Assembly (NCBI GenBank): GCA_030019435.1
Contig: JASEEV010000005.1
Span: 1 to 58,238 of the forward strand
Direction: 5' to 3'
DNA length: 58,238 bases
Origin: Methanocellales archaeon
GTDB taxonomy: Archaea > Halobacteriota > UBA148
The notes beneath the pieces are model-generated. The model was not told the DNA's origin, made no database searches, and saw nothing but the letters and a program-made list of their open reading frames with translations. Position 1 is the stretch's first letter. Each line of letters starts with the position of its first letter. Shown here in pieces: positions 29,904 to 39,585 of the stretch. The position numbers and the translations under genes are program-made.

Positions 29904-30658
29904 AAGCGCTACAGGTGATATACACGCTTTGGCTCAGGGAGATGCTGAGGTTCATGCGATCCAGGTCGAGGATGATAGGGGCGATATCAATGCCTCTCAT
30001 GTTTCTCATCATACTGGGTCCTGCATTTGGTTCATCCCTCCAGTTCAGGGGAATCCCAAATTACTTGGACTTCTTGACGCCAGGAATCATTGGCATGACC
30101 GTTCTATTTGCGTCGATGATGGGCGGCGTGTCAATCATCTGGGACAGGGAGTTTGGCTTTCTGAAGGAAATATTGGTAGCGCCGGTAAACAGGTTTTTCG
30201 TCGCATTAGGCAAAGCCATAGGGGGAGTGACCACAGCTATGATCCAAGGTGTGTTGATGATGGTCATTGCAGGCATGATGGGTGTCCAATACGCGTCTTT
30301 TTATGGAGCACTGCTCAGCATAGCCGTCATGTTTCTGATCGGATTGGGCTTCATCGGGCTGGGAATAGCCTTGGCATCAAAAATAGAGAGTCATGAGGGC
30401 TTTCAGATGGTGATATCCTTCCTTATGCTTCCGATATTCTTTTTGAGTGGAGCTTTATTCCCAATAGAGGGTCTTCCAACATGGCTCGAATATCTCGTAT
30501 ATGTAGATCCACTGACATATGGGGTTGATGCACTGAGAGCATGTCTGCTGGGTACATCCACTTTTCCTTTAACGCTCAACTTGTTCATCATAACGGGTTT
30601 TGCGATGATCACCATAAGTATAGGCGCACATCTGTTTGACAAGACCGCCATTAGCTGA
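29900..30658 (+). CDS. ABC-2 type transporter permease
   Basis: 252 aa with six predicted TM segments. ATGA overlap with the ATPase gene. Confidence 0.8.
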   Translation: MKALQVIYTLWLREMLRFMRSRSRMIGAISMPLMFLIILGPAFGSSLQFRGIPNYLDFLTPGIIGMTVLFASMMGGVSIIWDREFGFLKEILVAPVNRFFVALGKAIGGVTTAMIQGVLMMVIAGMMGVQYASFYGALLSIAVMFLIGLGFIGLGIALASKIESHEGFQMVISFLMLPIFFLSGALFPIEGLPTWLEYLVYVDPLTYGVDALRACLLGTSTFPLTLNLFIITGFAMITISIGAHLFDKTAIS

Positions 30659-30701
30659 GCGAAAAAAGCTTAAGTCCGTTGGTGCCGTAATAAGTGATGC
30701 G

Positions 30702-31931
30702 ATGCCAGAGATATCCAGCATGTCCATCACCCATAAATGGGCGAGCATAGAAGATATTGAGCGTGCAAGAGCAGAAAATCTCAAGGACGTTCTAGAGGAG
30801 CTACACTCTCTTGATGGCGTCGATGAATGCGTAGCACTTCAAACGTGTAATCGAATCGAAATCTACATAGTCTCATCCAATGGCAATCTGTTGCTTAGAG
30901 AATATTCCAAACGAAAAAACATCCCAGAGAACATCATCAGATTCCATGGACATGAGGAATCGCTCCGACACCTATTCCGCCTAGCAACAGGTCTTGAATC
31001 AATGGTCATCGGCGAGGATCAGATTCTCGGACAAATCAAGGATGCCTTCAGTGTAGCAAAACAGGTTGGCACGGTCGGCAAAATTCTAGATATGGCGTTC
31101 AGCAAGGCTATCAGCGTTGGCAAAAGGGCAAGAACGGAAACCAACATCAATGTAGGGGCAGTTTCCATAGGTTCCGCCGCCGTCGACTTGGCTGAGCAGA
31201 TTCTTGGTGGTTTGGAAGGTAAAACGGTCACGGTCATCGGTGCGGGTGAGATGGGCTCTCTGGTGGCAAGAGCGCTCTCGCAGAGAAATCTTCATACGAT
31301 CTTCGTCTCGAGTCGAACGCATGAGCATGCGTTGGAGTTAGCAAGAGAATTGGACGGTAAGGCTATATATTTTGAGGAGATCATGGATTACATCCCTCAA
31401 TCGGACGTCATCATTAGCGCAACCGCAGCTCCACATTTCATCATTACGACAAAGATGATGCAAGGTATCAAGTTGGATAAAAAGATACTTCTCATAGACA
31501 TCGCAGCTCCTAGAGACATAGAGGAATCTGTGGCAGAGATTCCAAACATCGAGTTGCACAACATCGACTCTCTGAGAAGCATAAGGGATGCAAATCTGGA
31601 AAAACGGAAAGCAGAGGCCAAGAAGGTCGAAAGGATCGTTGAGGAAGAGCTCAAATTGTTGGAAAAAAGCTACAAACAGCAAAGAGCCGATGGAGTCATC
31701 TCATCATTATATTCTCAGGTCGAGAAGATCAGGATCCAGGAGCGGGAGAAGGCGATCAATAGGCTGAGATCCATTGGAGAGTTGGGCGAGGACCAAATTG
31801 AGATCATAGACGATCTGACCAACTCGCTCGTCAATAAGATACTTGCCCAGCCAACGAAAAGTCTTCGGGAGGAGGCAGAAAACGGAAAAGAGGATTTTCT
31901 GCAATCAATCTCCAAATTATTCAGGCTGTGA
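30702..31931 (+). CDS. hemA: glutamyl-tRNA reductase
   Basis: [11 protein letters not shown] active-site motif and NADPH-binding [10 protein letters not shown]. The ATG at 30702 is preferred over the ORF-track start at 30636. Confidence 0.9.
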   Translation: MPEISSMSITHKWASIEDIERARAENLKDVLEELHSLDGVDECVALQTCNRIEIYIVSSNGNLLLREYSKRKNIPENIIRFHGHEESLRHLFRLATGLESMVIGEDQILGQIKDAFSVAKQVGTVGKILDMAFSKAISVGKRARTETNINVGAVSIGSAAVDLAEQILGGLEGKTVTVIGAGEMGSLVARALSQRNLHTIFVSSRTHEHALELARELDGKAIYFEEIMDYIPQSDVIISATAAPHFIITTKMMQGIKLDKKILLIDIAAPRDIEESVAEIPNIELHNIDSLRSIRDANLEKRKAEAKKVERIVEEELKLLEKSYKQQRADGVISSLYSQVEKIRIQEREKAINRLRSIGELGEDQIEIIDDLTNSLVNKILAQPTKSLREEAENGKEDFLQSISKLFRL

Positions 31932-31935
31932 AAAT

Positions 31936-32892
31936 ATGTTCCCTAGAATGCGACGGTTGCGCCAGACCAAGGTGCGTGATATGATAAGAGAAACGACTCT
32001 CACGACAAAGGATCTGATATACCCCATGTTCGTGGATGAAAGAAGCACTAAGCCAGTGCCGATCAAATCCATGCCAGGGCAGTTTCGTTTCCCCCTAACT
32101 AGCATAGCGGATGAAGTTAAGGCTGTATCCGACCTTGGCATACTTGCCATCATCTTATTTGGCATTCCATCCCACAAAGATGAAATCGGAAGCTCAGCAT
32201 ACGATCCAGATGGCATCATCCAGAGAGCGGTACGAACGATCAAGGATGAAGTGGATATTGTTGTGATCACAGATGTCTGCCTCTGTGAATACATGACACA
32301 TGGGCACTGTGGAGTTGTCGAGAATGGAAAAGTCTTGAACGATCCGACGCTGGAGATACTTGCTAAAACAGCAGTCAGTCATGCAGAAGCAGGGGCAGAT
32401 GTTGTAGCTCCAAGCGGAATGATGGATGGAATGGTGGATGCGATAAGAACGGCCTTGGACGATGATGGTTTTTCTGATATGATCATAATGTCGTATGCAG
32501 CAAAGTACGCATCCTCTTTCTACGCTCCTTTCAGGGAGGCTGCAGAGTCGGGCTACGCATTCGGCGACAGAAGATCATACCAAATGGATCCATCCAACTC
32601 AGATGAGGCACTAAGGGAGGTGTCCTTGGACATACAAGAGGGCGCAGACATCATAATGGTCAAACCAGCATTGCCGTATCTGGACATAATATATCGGGTT
32701 AAGACGGAGTTTGGCGTTCCATTGGCGGCGTATAACGTCAGCGGCGAGTATGCGATGGTCAAGGCTGCCGCCGAAAAGGGCTGGCTGGATGAAAAGGAGG
32801 TTGTTATGGAGTCCATGTTGGCAATCAAGAGGGCTGGCGCTGATCTCATCCTAACGTATTTTGCCAAAGAGGTTGCGGAGTGGCTCAGATGA
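31936..32892 (+). CDS. hemB: porphobilinogen synthase (Zn-type)
   Basis: MFPRMRRLR, Cys-rich metal site [14 protein letters not shown], and Schiff-base Lys context [12 protein letters not shown]. Confidence 0.92.
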   Translation: MFPRMRRLRQTKVRDMIRETTLTTKDLIYPMFVDERSTKPVPIKSMPGQFRFPLTSIADEVKAVSDLGILAIILFGIPSHKDEIGSSAYDPDGIIQRAVRTIKDEVDIVVITDVCLCEYMTHGHCGVVENGKVLNDPTLEILAKTAVSHAEAGADVVAPSGMMDGMVDAIRTALDDDGFSDMIIMSYAAKYASSFYAPFREAAESGYAFGDRRSYQMDPSNSDEALREVSLDIQEGADIIMVKPALPYLDIIYRVKTEFGVPLAAYNVSGEYAMVKAAAEKGWLDEKEVVMESMLAIKRAGADLILTYFAKEVAEWLR

Positions 32893-34142
32893 GCTCGGAA
32901 GAATTTTTCAATGAGGCAAAATCCCTTTTGCCAGGTGGCGTGAGCTCTCCCGTTCGGGCGATAAAGCCATATCCTTTCTATACCGCTTCTGCGAGTGGCT
33001 CAAAGATATTTGATGTTGACGGAAATGAGTACATCGATTATTGTATGGCATATGGTCCCCTGATCCTCGGACATAATCATCCTGCTGTGAAGATGGCGAT
33101 CGTGCGTCAACTGGATAAGGGATGGATCTATGGGACACCAATCGAGCAAGAGATAGCTCTTGCCAAAGAGGTGGTCAAGTATTATCCAAGCATCGACATG
33201 GTGCGTTTCGTCAACACTGGGACGGAAGCCACTATGAGCGCAATAAGGGCTGCACGTGGTTTCACGGGTAAAGACAAGATCATAAAGATCGAGGGCGGAT
33301 TTCATGGTGCACATGATGCCGTTCTAGTGAAAGCAGGGTCTGGCGCCACCTCTCTAGGGGCTCCAGATTCACTAGGCATTCCACCCGATTTCATAAAACA
33401 CACCCTACAGGTTCCTTTCAATGATGTAGGAGCGATGACCGATGCGATGGATGCATACGAGGACATAGCTGCAGTCATAATGGAACCTGTGATGGGCAAT
33501 GTAGGACCGATTTTACCAGAGGCGGGGTATTTGCAGGAGGTGCGTACCTTGACAAAAGAAAACGACATCGTACTCATCTTCGACGAGGTCATCACTGGCT
33601 TTCGACTGGCGATGGGGGGTGCTCAAGAGTGCTATGGCATCACGCCTGACATGACCACGCTGGGCAAGATTCTTGGGGGAGGGCTTTCCATAGGCGCCGT
33701 CGGTGGAAAAAAAGAGATCATGGAAAATATATCGCCAGCTGGTAAGGTCTATCAGGCTGGAACGTTCAATGGCAATCCTGTTTCACTTACGGCTGGCTTG
33801 GCAACGATAGATATACTACGTAGGGAAAAAATCCATCAAAAGGTGAACTCGATGGGAGATGAACTACGTGCTAGGTTGCGTGATATCATAGATGATCATG
33901 GACTTGGTTATACAGTTGCTGGCATCGGATCCATCTTCAAGATCTTTTTTGGGGGCGAGGTGCATAACTACCAAGATGCGCTTAAGTGTGACAGGAAAGT
34001 TTATCTTGAGTTCTTCGGTCGAATGCTTAAGAGCGGGGTATTTCTCCCCCCCTCCCAGTTTGAGAGCAATTTTCTTTCCTCCGCCCATTCAACAGACGAC
34101 ATCGAGAAAACGATAAATGCATACGAGGCAAACCTAGCATGA
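32889..34142 (+). CDS. hemL: glutamate-1-semialdehyde 2,1-aminomutase
   Basis: [20 protein letters not shown], and [14 protein letters not shown] overlap with hemB. Confidence 0.92.
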   Translation: MSSEEFFNEAKSLLPGGVSSPVRAIKPYPFYTASASGSKIFDVDGNEYIDYCMAYGPLILGHNHPAVKMAIVRQLDKGWIYGTPIEQEIALAKEVVKYYPSIDMVRFVNTGTEATMSAIRAARGFTGKDKIIKIEGGFHGAHDAVLVKAGSGATSLGAPDSLGIPPDFIKHTLQVPFNDVGAMTDAMDAYEDIAAVIMEPVMGNVGPILPEAGYLQEVRTLTKENDIVLIFDEVITGFRLAMGGAQECYGITPDMTTLGKILGGGLSIGAVGGKKEIMENISPAGKVYQAGTFNGNPVSLTAGLATIDILRREKIHQKVNSMGDELRARLRDIIDDHGLGYTVAGIGSIFKIFFGGEVHNYQDALKCDRKVYLEFFGRMLKSGVFLPPSQFESNFLSSAHSTDDIEKTINAYEANLA

Positions 34143-35032
34143 TCATCGGATCCAGGGGCAGTGCACTTGCACTGGTGCAGACAGAGCTTGTGCGGGCATT
34201 GCTACGGAAAAAAGGAGTTACGTCCGAGCTAAGAATCGTCAAGACAACTGGTGATACCTTTGCTGACCGTCCCTTGCGAGAGCTCTCTGGTGTCGGAGTC
34301 TTCGTCAGAGAGATCGATGAGTTGATGCTGAGTGGGGAGATAGATGCAGCCGTGCATAGCATGAAGGACATACCGACTGAACGACCAAAAGAGCTGATCA
34401 TAGCCGCTGTTTTACGCCGCAGCTCACCGTACGATGCGCTGGTCAGCGATTACAAGCTCGATGAGCTACCAAGAGGGGCGATCGTAGGCACATCTAGCAT
34501 GAGACGAAGAGCACAATTGCTGCGGCTCAGATCCGATTTGATCATTCAAGACATCAGAGGCAACGTGGACACCAGGTTGCGAAAATTGCGACAAGGAGAC
34601 TATGATGCAATCATCATGGCGGAGGCAGCCCTCGAGAGGATGAACATCGTGGTAGAGGCGGAGCGTCTTCCATTTCTTCCTTCTGCCAACCAAGGGACCA
34701 TAGCTGTAGTGACGAAAAAAGGCACAGAAGCAGAGGAATGCATTCGTGTATTCGATCACCGACCATCCAGGGTCGAGACTGAGGTGGAGCGCACCATCCT
34801 CAAAGCCCTAGGGGGTGGTTGCATCGTTCCAATGGGCATCTTGGCGCAAGCCAACGATGAAATCGCTGTCCAAGCGGAGGTTCTTTCGCCGGATGGAGAT
34901 CGGTGCATCTCGATCAAACGTTCGATCCAAGTCAGCAATTATAAATCGGCGGCGGTTGAAATAGGAACTGACCTGAAAAATAAGGGTGGGGCAGAATTAA
35001 TTGAAGAAACGATCAAAAGGATACGAGGGTAA
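34139..35032 (+). CDS. hemC: hydroxymethylbilane synthase (porphobilinogen deaminase)
   Basis: [33 protein letters not shown], and [10 protein letters not shown]. Confidence 0.92.
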   Translation: MIIGSRGSALALVQTELVRALLRKKGVTSELRIVKTTGDTFADRPLRELSGVGVFVREIDELMLSGEIDAAVHSMKDIPTERPKELIIAAVLRRSSPYDALVSDYKLDELPRGAIVGTSSMRRRAQLLRLRSDLIIQDIRGNVDTRLRKLRQGDYDAIIMAEAALERMNIVVEAERLPFLPSANQGTIAVVTKKGTEAEECIRVFDHRPSRVETEVERTILKALGGGCIVPMGILAQANDEIAVQAEVLSPDGDRCISIKRSIQVSNYKSAAVEIGTDLKNKGGAELIEETIKRIRG

Positions 35033-35753
35033 GGTCTATCTGGTCGGTGCTGGACCAGGCGATCCCGGGTTGCTCGCGAAAAAAGCGGAGCAAATCATCA
35101 AAGAAGCTGATGTGATCCTGTACGATCAATTGGTCGGAGATGAGATCATCAAGTCATTCCCTGCTGGCGCAACGCTGATAGATGTTGGCAAACATGCTGC
35201 CCTTCATAAATTCGAACAGGATGAGATCAATCGGATGCTGATCAAATATGCCAGAGAAGGTCATGTAGTCGTGAGACTCAAAGGGGGGGATCCCTATCTG
35301 TTTGGTAGGGGAGGAGAAGAAGCTGAGGCATTGGCTGCATCTGGGATAGAAGTTGTGATCGTTCCTGGCATCACATCCGCCATGGCTGCACCTGCTTATG
35401 CTGGCATTCCTCTAACACACAGGGATTATGCATCGATGGTGACGTTCATCACTGGACACGAAGCAGCGAAGGAGGCATCGGCGATAGATTGGGGTTTGTT
35501 AGCGAAGCTCAGGGGCACATTGGTCATTTTGATGGGCGTGAAAAATCTTCAGCGCAACGTAGATGCGTTGTTAAAACACGGCAAGGACCCGAAGACGCCA
35601 GTTGCTTTGATCGAACGAGGTACAACGGAAGAGCAGAGAATCACGGTGGGGACATTATGTGACATCGTCGACATAGCGAAAAGGGCAGGTGTAAAACCAC
35701 CCGCAGTCATGGTCATCGGCGATGTAGTCAAGCTACGCAAGAGGATAGGATGA
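35001..35753 (+). CDS. cobA: uroporphyrinogen-III C-methyltransferase (SUMT)
   Basis: VYLVGAGPGDPGLL, VVRLKGGDPYLFGRGGEE, and VPGITSA. Probable TTG start. Confidence 0.9.
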   Translation: MKKRSKGYEGKVYLVGAGPGDPGLLAKKAEQIIKEADVILYDQLVGDEIIKSFPAGATLIDVGKHAALHKFEQDEINRMLIKYAREGHVVVRLKGGDPYLFGRGGEEAEALAASGIEVVIVPGITSAMAAPAYAGIPLTHRDYASMVTFITGHEAAKEASAIDWGLLAKLRGTLVILMGVKNLQRNVDALLKHGKDPKTPVALIERGTTEEQRITVGTLCDIVDIAKRAGVKPPAVMVIGDVVKLRKRIG

Positions 35754-36526
35754 AGGTCATCGCAATCACACGCCCAAAAGAACATCTGGATGAATCAGCT
35801 GAGCTAGCCAAATCCTATGGATATGAGGTGATCGCGGCTCCGATGATAGAGCTTCGAGAGAGAGACGATCTAGGGTTTGGCGTTTTTGTTCAGCGCGTTT
35901 TGAATCGCGAGGTCGACTATGTGATCTTTACCAGCGCGAACGGCGTCCTATTCACATTGAAAAAGGTCGACAGCAAAAAATTTGTAGACGCACTGAACGC
36001 TTGCAATATAATCGCCGTCGGTCCCAACACGCAGCGAGAGCTGGAGAAGCATGGCATACATGTTGACATCATCCCAGCGACGTATTCTTCGGATGGGATT
36101 GTGAGTGCGTTGGCACCATTCATCAATGAAAAAAAGGTCGAGGTGGTGCGGAGCACCCATGGAAGTCAGCTTCTGGTCAGAGGGCTCCGAAAAAACGGCG
36201 CCTTCGTTCACGAAGTCCAAGTATATGAGATCGTCTCACCGACGGATGAGCGTCCAAGACAATTGATAGGGGCAGCGTTGAAAGATGAGATCGATGTGTA
36301 CACGTTCACGAGCGCGATGACCGTGAAGAATTTCTTGATGATCGCAGAGGAGCTAGGTATAAAGCATGACATCATCGAAAAAATGAATGAAAAAACCGTT
36401 GCGGCGATAGGAGACACGACCGCCGCCGCTCTTAGGGAAAATGGTATCCATGTGGATGCGCTCCCAAAACGATTTACCTTTAAGGACATGTTGGATGAGC
36501 TAGAAAAGGTCATGGGGGGATCATAA
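35750..36526 (+). CDS. hemD: uroporphyrinogen-III synthase
   Basis: 258 aa with HemD-like two-lobed pattern (VIFTSANGV..., VYTFTSAMTV...). Position between cobA and ahbC, with an ATGA overlap. Confidence 0.75.
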   Translation: MKVIAITRPKEHLDESAELAKSYGYEVIAAPMIELRERDDLGFGVFVQRVLNREVDYVIFTSANGVLFTLKKVDSKKFVDALNACNIIAVGPNTQRELEKHGIHVDIIPATYSSDGIVSALAPFINEKKVEVVRSTHGSQLLVRGLRKNGAFVHEVQVYEIVSPTDERPRQLIGAALKDEIDVYTFTSAMTVKNFLMIAEELGIKHDIIEKMNEKTVAAIGDTTAAALRENGIHVDALPKRFTFKDMLDELEKVMGGS

Positions 36527-36527
36527 C

Positions 36528-37712
36528 GTGATCATATTCTCAAAGATCCTAGCCGACAAGGGGACGGTCTGGGATGCTCTACGAGCGAAAGAAATGGCTG
36601 CAGCAAAGGCTCCAGACGATCTCATCAGATTCTCATCTGAGACCAAGCCGGTGGTGATGTGGAACATCACACGAGCATGCAATCTTAGGTGCGCACACTG
36701 CTATGCCAGCGCAGCGCCGGGTCCGCATCCCGATGAATTGACGCTGGATGAGGGCATTCGATTTATTGATGAGCTCGCTGAGTTAGGGATTCCGATGCTC
36801 ATCTTTACCGGAGGTGAGCCGCTTGCGAGCAAGAACTTTTTTCCACTGGCATATCATGCAAAAGACGTTGGATTGCGCACCGTCATTTCGACGAATGGCA
36901 CCTTAATTACACCAGAGATCGCGCAAAAATTGAAGGATGCAGATATACGTTACGTAGGTGTAAGCATCGACGCAGCAACGCCAGGGATTCACGATAGGTT
37001 TAGGGGCGTCCAAGGCGCCTGGAAGATGGCGATGGATGGAATAAGGAATGCGATGGATGTTGGGTTGAGAACGGGCTTCAGGATCACCATCACCAAAGAT
37101 AACTGGAATCAGGTGCCTGCACTGCTGGATTTGGCAGTACAAATGAAGGTTCCACGTTTCTGCCTGTATCATCTTGTGCCAACCGGCAGAGGTGAAAACA
37201 TCGCAGCCCGGGATGTCACGAAGGCACAGAGGGTGGAAGTACTTAAGCATCTGTATGACAAAGCTATCGAGCTAAGGGATAAGGAGATCGAAATCCTAAG
37301 CACGGACTCTCCGATGGATGGCGTTTACATCCTTGAACGTCTTAAGAAAGAGGACCCAGAGCGCGTGGATGTTGTGAGGGAACTGCTGAAGATCTCAGGA
37401 GGATGTTCCATAGGGAATAAGGTTGCAAACGTCGATTATCTGGGCAACGTCAATCCATGTCATTTCGCTCCGCACAAGACCGTCGGAAATCTTCGGAAGC
37501 AGACGTTCAACGAAATCTGGAATGAAAGTCCGTGCGAGTTGCTGTGCGATTTGCGCAGACAGAAAGAATTGCTCAAAGGCAAATGCGGCATCTGCGATTA
37601 CAAGGACATCTGTGGGGGATGCAGGCAGAAGGCATGGTTCTTTAAGTGCGACTTCTTCGAGGAAGATCCGACCTGCATCTACAATCCAGAAACGAAGAGG
37701 ATTGAGGTGTAA
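36528..37712 (+). CDS. ahbC: radical SAM/SPASM heme-pathway enzyme, AhbC-like (didecarboxysiroheme to Fe-coproporphyrin III) - assignment tentative
   Basis: ITRACNLRCAHC, C-terminal GKCGICDYKDICGGCRQKA...PTCIYNP, 394 aa with an N-terminal extension. NirJ-like. Confidence 0.6.
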   Translation: MIIFSKILADKGTVWDALRAKEMAAAKAPDDLIRFSSETKPVVMWNITRACNLRCAHCYASAAPGPHPDELTLDEGIRFIDELAELGIPMLIFTGGEPLASKNFFPLAYHAKDVGLRTVISTNGTLITPEIAQKLKDADIRYVGVSIDAATPGIHDRFRGVQGAWKMAMDGIRNAMDVGLRTGFRITITKDNWNQVPALLDLAVQMKVPRFCLYHLVPTGRGENIAARDVTKAQRVEVLKHLYDKAIELRDKEIEILSTDSPMDGVYILERLKKEDPERVDVVRELLKISGGCSIGNKVANVDYLGNVNPCHFAPHKTVGNLRKQTFNEIWNESPCELLCDLRRQKELLKGKCGICDYKDICGGCRQKAWFFKCDFFEEDPTCIYNPETKRIEV

Positions 37713-37737
37713 AATCAGACCATAGTGGGATTGAAAT
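37708..37737 (+). CRISPR. solitary CRISPR-repeat-like 30-mer (copy 1)
   Basis: The sequence is TGTAAAATCAGACCATAGTGGGATTGAAAT. It ends in ATTGAAAT, the canonical archaeal 8-nt crRNA 5' tag sequence. It overlaps the ahbC stop codon, and a near-identical copy lies at 39553. Confidence 0.5.
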
Positions 37738-37778
37738 ATTCTAACAATTTTAGGCGAAATGCTTCTATTTCTGAAAGT

Positions 37779-38135
37779 CTACTTTGCTGGGGCTTTTCGC
37801 AATTCTGTTATTCTTTTGCGTATGGTCTCAATCAGTTCCTTTCTTAGATCTTCTCCAGCAGCTTTTATTTTAGATATAGTTCTGGATAGTTTTGTGTCTC
37901 CTATGGTATCCGCGATCCATTTGGAGAAATCCCCTCGGCTCATGTGAAATTCTACTGATGGTAAGGGAAGCGTCTGTAGCTTCTCCATGAAATCTTGGAG
38001 GCTTAAAGCGGTTTGATAAAGCGGCTTATGTAGGGCTTCATAGAAGTGGAAGCCCTTACTCGTATCGCTTACCGGACTTAGGATCCTCTCAAACAATTTT
38101 TTCCTCGCGGTCCCCTTCCCTCTTTTGGACATCAC
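37779..38135 (-). CDS. DUF5752-family protein
   Basis: 118 aa. GFHFYEALHKPLYQTALSLQDFMEKLQTLPLPSVEFHMSRGDFSKWIADTIGDTKL fits DUF5752 as I recall it. Confidence 0.5.
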   Translation of the reverse strand: MMSKRGKGTARKKLFERILSPVSDTSKGFHFYEALHKPLYQTALSLQDFMEKLQTLPLPSVEFHMSRGDFSKWIADTIGDTKLSRTISKIKAAGEDLRKELIETIRKRITELRKAPAK

Positions 38136-38177
38136 TTCAGGCCCCCAATTTTTCTATTACTAACTTTAGAGATAATA

Positions 38178-39495
38178 AAACTTTTGCACTTTTCATCTTA
38201 ACGCCAACTGGGCTACTTTATCCACGCTCCCCAATTCTTGGAATCCATGTATGATCTGATGAACTCCTCGAGAAGCACTCCTTGACATTCCTGCAGATGT
38301 CACCCACGGTCTCCAGCTTCTCTCTGATCCATTGGGTGAGGGAGGACAAGCGGACACATTCTAGTAGGGAATAGACACGAAGACCAGGAACAGGTGTTTA
38401 ACTATTCCTTGGAGACTCCGCATCTGGTATTCGCCTAGTCCTATGTGCTGCTTGCCGTCCCTGTAGAACGTCTCTATCTTCCATCGCTGTCTGTAGGTAG
38501 CGATGATCTTCCGAATGCCCCAGTCCAGTCTGTTGGACACTAACACCATCGCCCCATCATCATTTATATTTTTCTTGAGCAGCACGAGCCTGACAACACC
38601 GAGGTTGGACATTGGAAGGTCTAACGCATGTGCATATTGATATCTCTCCTCATCGCCTTCTATCTCGATCTCCTCGATTCTCTCATATTCGTTGGATGAC
38701 ACCCTCTTGGTCAGCTCCCCTAAGCCGATCTCCTCATCCCGATGGATCACCTTGCGATTCATCTTTGCCCTTGTAACCCAGTCCATTCCCTCTCGATCGC
38801 ATCGATCAACTCCTTCGCAAAGTACCATGTGTCGAACGCCACGGTATTGGCAGAGACGCCGTTATCAACGGCAGAGTTTATCAAGTCGATGGCTATCTCT
38901 ATCTTGGTCTTGAACTCGACTCCCATGGGCTCTGCCAGCTCCTCCTTGATGTACATCCTCAGATCGACTGGATACTGCCCCCTCTCATCAGAGTAGTGCG
39001 TGGAGACGAAGTTATGTCCTAAGACAGATCTGCCCTCTGATTTGCTGAAGATGAGGCCAACTCCGCTCATGCACCTGCCCGTCTTGGAGATGAGCACATC
39101 GTCCAGGATCAGATATCCGTTTCTTCTGCTCCTAGTCCTCCTGCCATGTTGCAGAACTCTGAGCCTTGTCTTGTTCACCTCCTCAACGTCCCAAGGCGAT
39201 CGCGTCAGGAACCTGTTCAGAGAGCTCTGATGGCATCTGTCCACGTACAGATCGTTGATGTCGGTGATGTTCGACCCGCCCTTCTCGCTTGCTATAAGCC
39301 CCAGCACATATCTCTCGAAATGAGCGTATTGAGGCTTGCTGAACATGGACCTGTATGCTCCTAAAAACTTCGTGATATTATGCGGATTGACTATTGGAAT
39401 CGGCATTCCCATCCCCCATCTCATGATGATGGCGAGAGAAGGGTTTATATGTTTTCTGGTGAGATTTGAGATCCTCTCAAAAAGTGCAAAAGTTT
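38178..39495 (-). mobile_element. IS element of the IS4 superfamily (IS4/IS701/ISH-like), ~1.32 kb
   Basis: Perfect 16-bp terminal inverted repeats: AAACTTTTGCACTTTT at 38178-38193, and its reverse complement at 39480-39495. A flanking direct repeat AGAGATAAT lies at 38168-38176 and 39496-39504 (up to TTTAGAGATAAT if the overlap is counted). The DDE transposase inside carries Y(2)R(3)E(6)K. Confidence 0.8.
38218..39424 (-). pseudogene. DDE transposase, interrupted by at least two frameshifts
   Basis: The N-terminal part is ORF 38759..39424 and the middle part is ORF 38361..38828 (YRQRWKIETFYRDGKQ). The C-terminal ~47 aa (SLLECVRLSSLTQWIREKLETVGDICRNVKE...) are readable in the third frame down to the stop at 38218. 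Confidence 0.75.
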
Positions 39496-39552
39496 AGAGA
39501 TAATTAATATTTCCTTTTACGTATTCTAGCGCTTTTTCCAAGCTCATTTTCA

Positions 39553-39582
39553 CGCTAAAATCAGACCATAGTGGAATTGGCA
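39553..39582 (+). CRISPR. solitary CRISPR-repeat-like 30-mer (copy 2, 3' end degenerate)
   Basis: The sequence is GCTAAAATCAGACCATAGTGGAATTGGCAT. Over 24 nt it has one mismatch to copy 1 (39555-39578 vs 37710-37733). It lies 3 nt from the dnaJ stop codon. Confidence 0.45.
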
Positions 39583-39585
39583 TCC

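Noticed and set aside
26337-37712. I attempted to decide firmly which radical SAM gene is AhbC and which is AhbD.
   Set aside because: Both are NirJ-like with similar N-terminal CxxxCxxC and C-terminal Cys clusters. I assigned them only by length and N-terminal extension. Phylogeny or HMM scoring is required.
38759-38828. The overlap of the two transposase ORFs could be a programmed ribosomal frameshift site.
   Set aside because: IS4-superfamily transposases are normally single ORFs. There is no slippery heptamer (A AAA AAG-type) at the junction, and a second break occurs near the 3' end. Error or decay is more likely.
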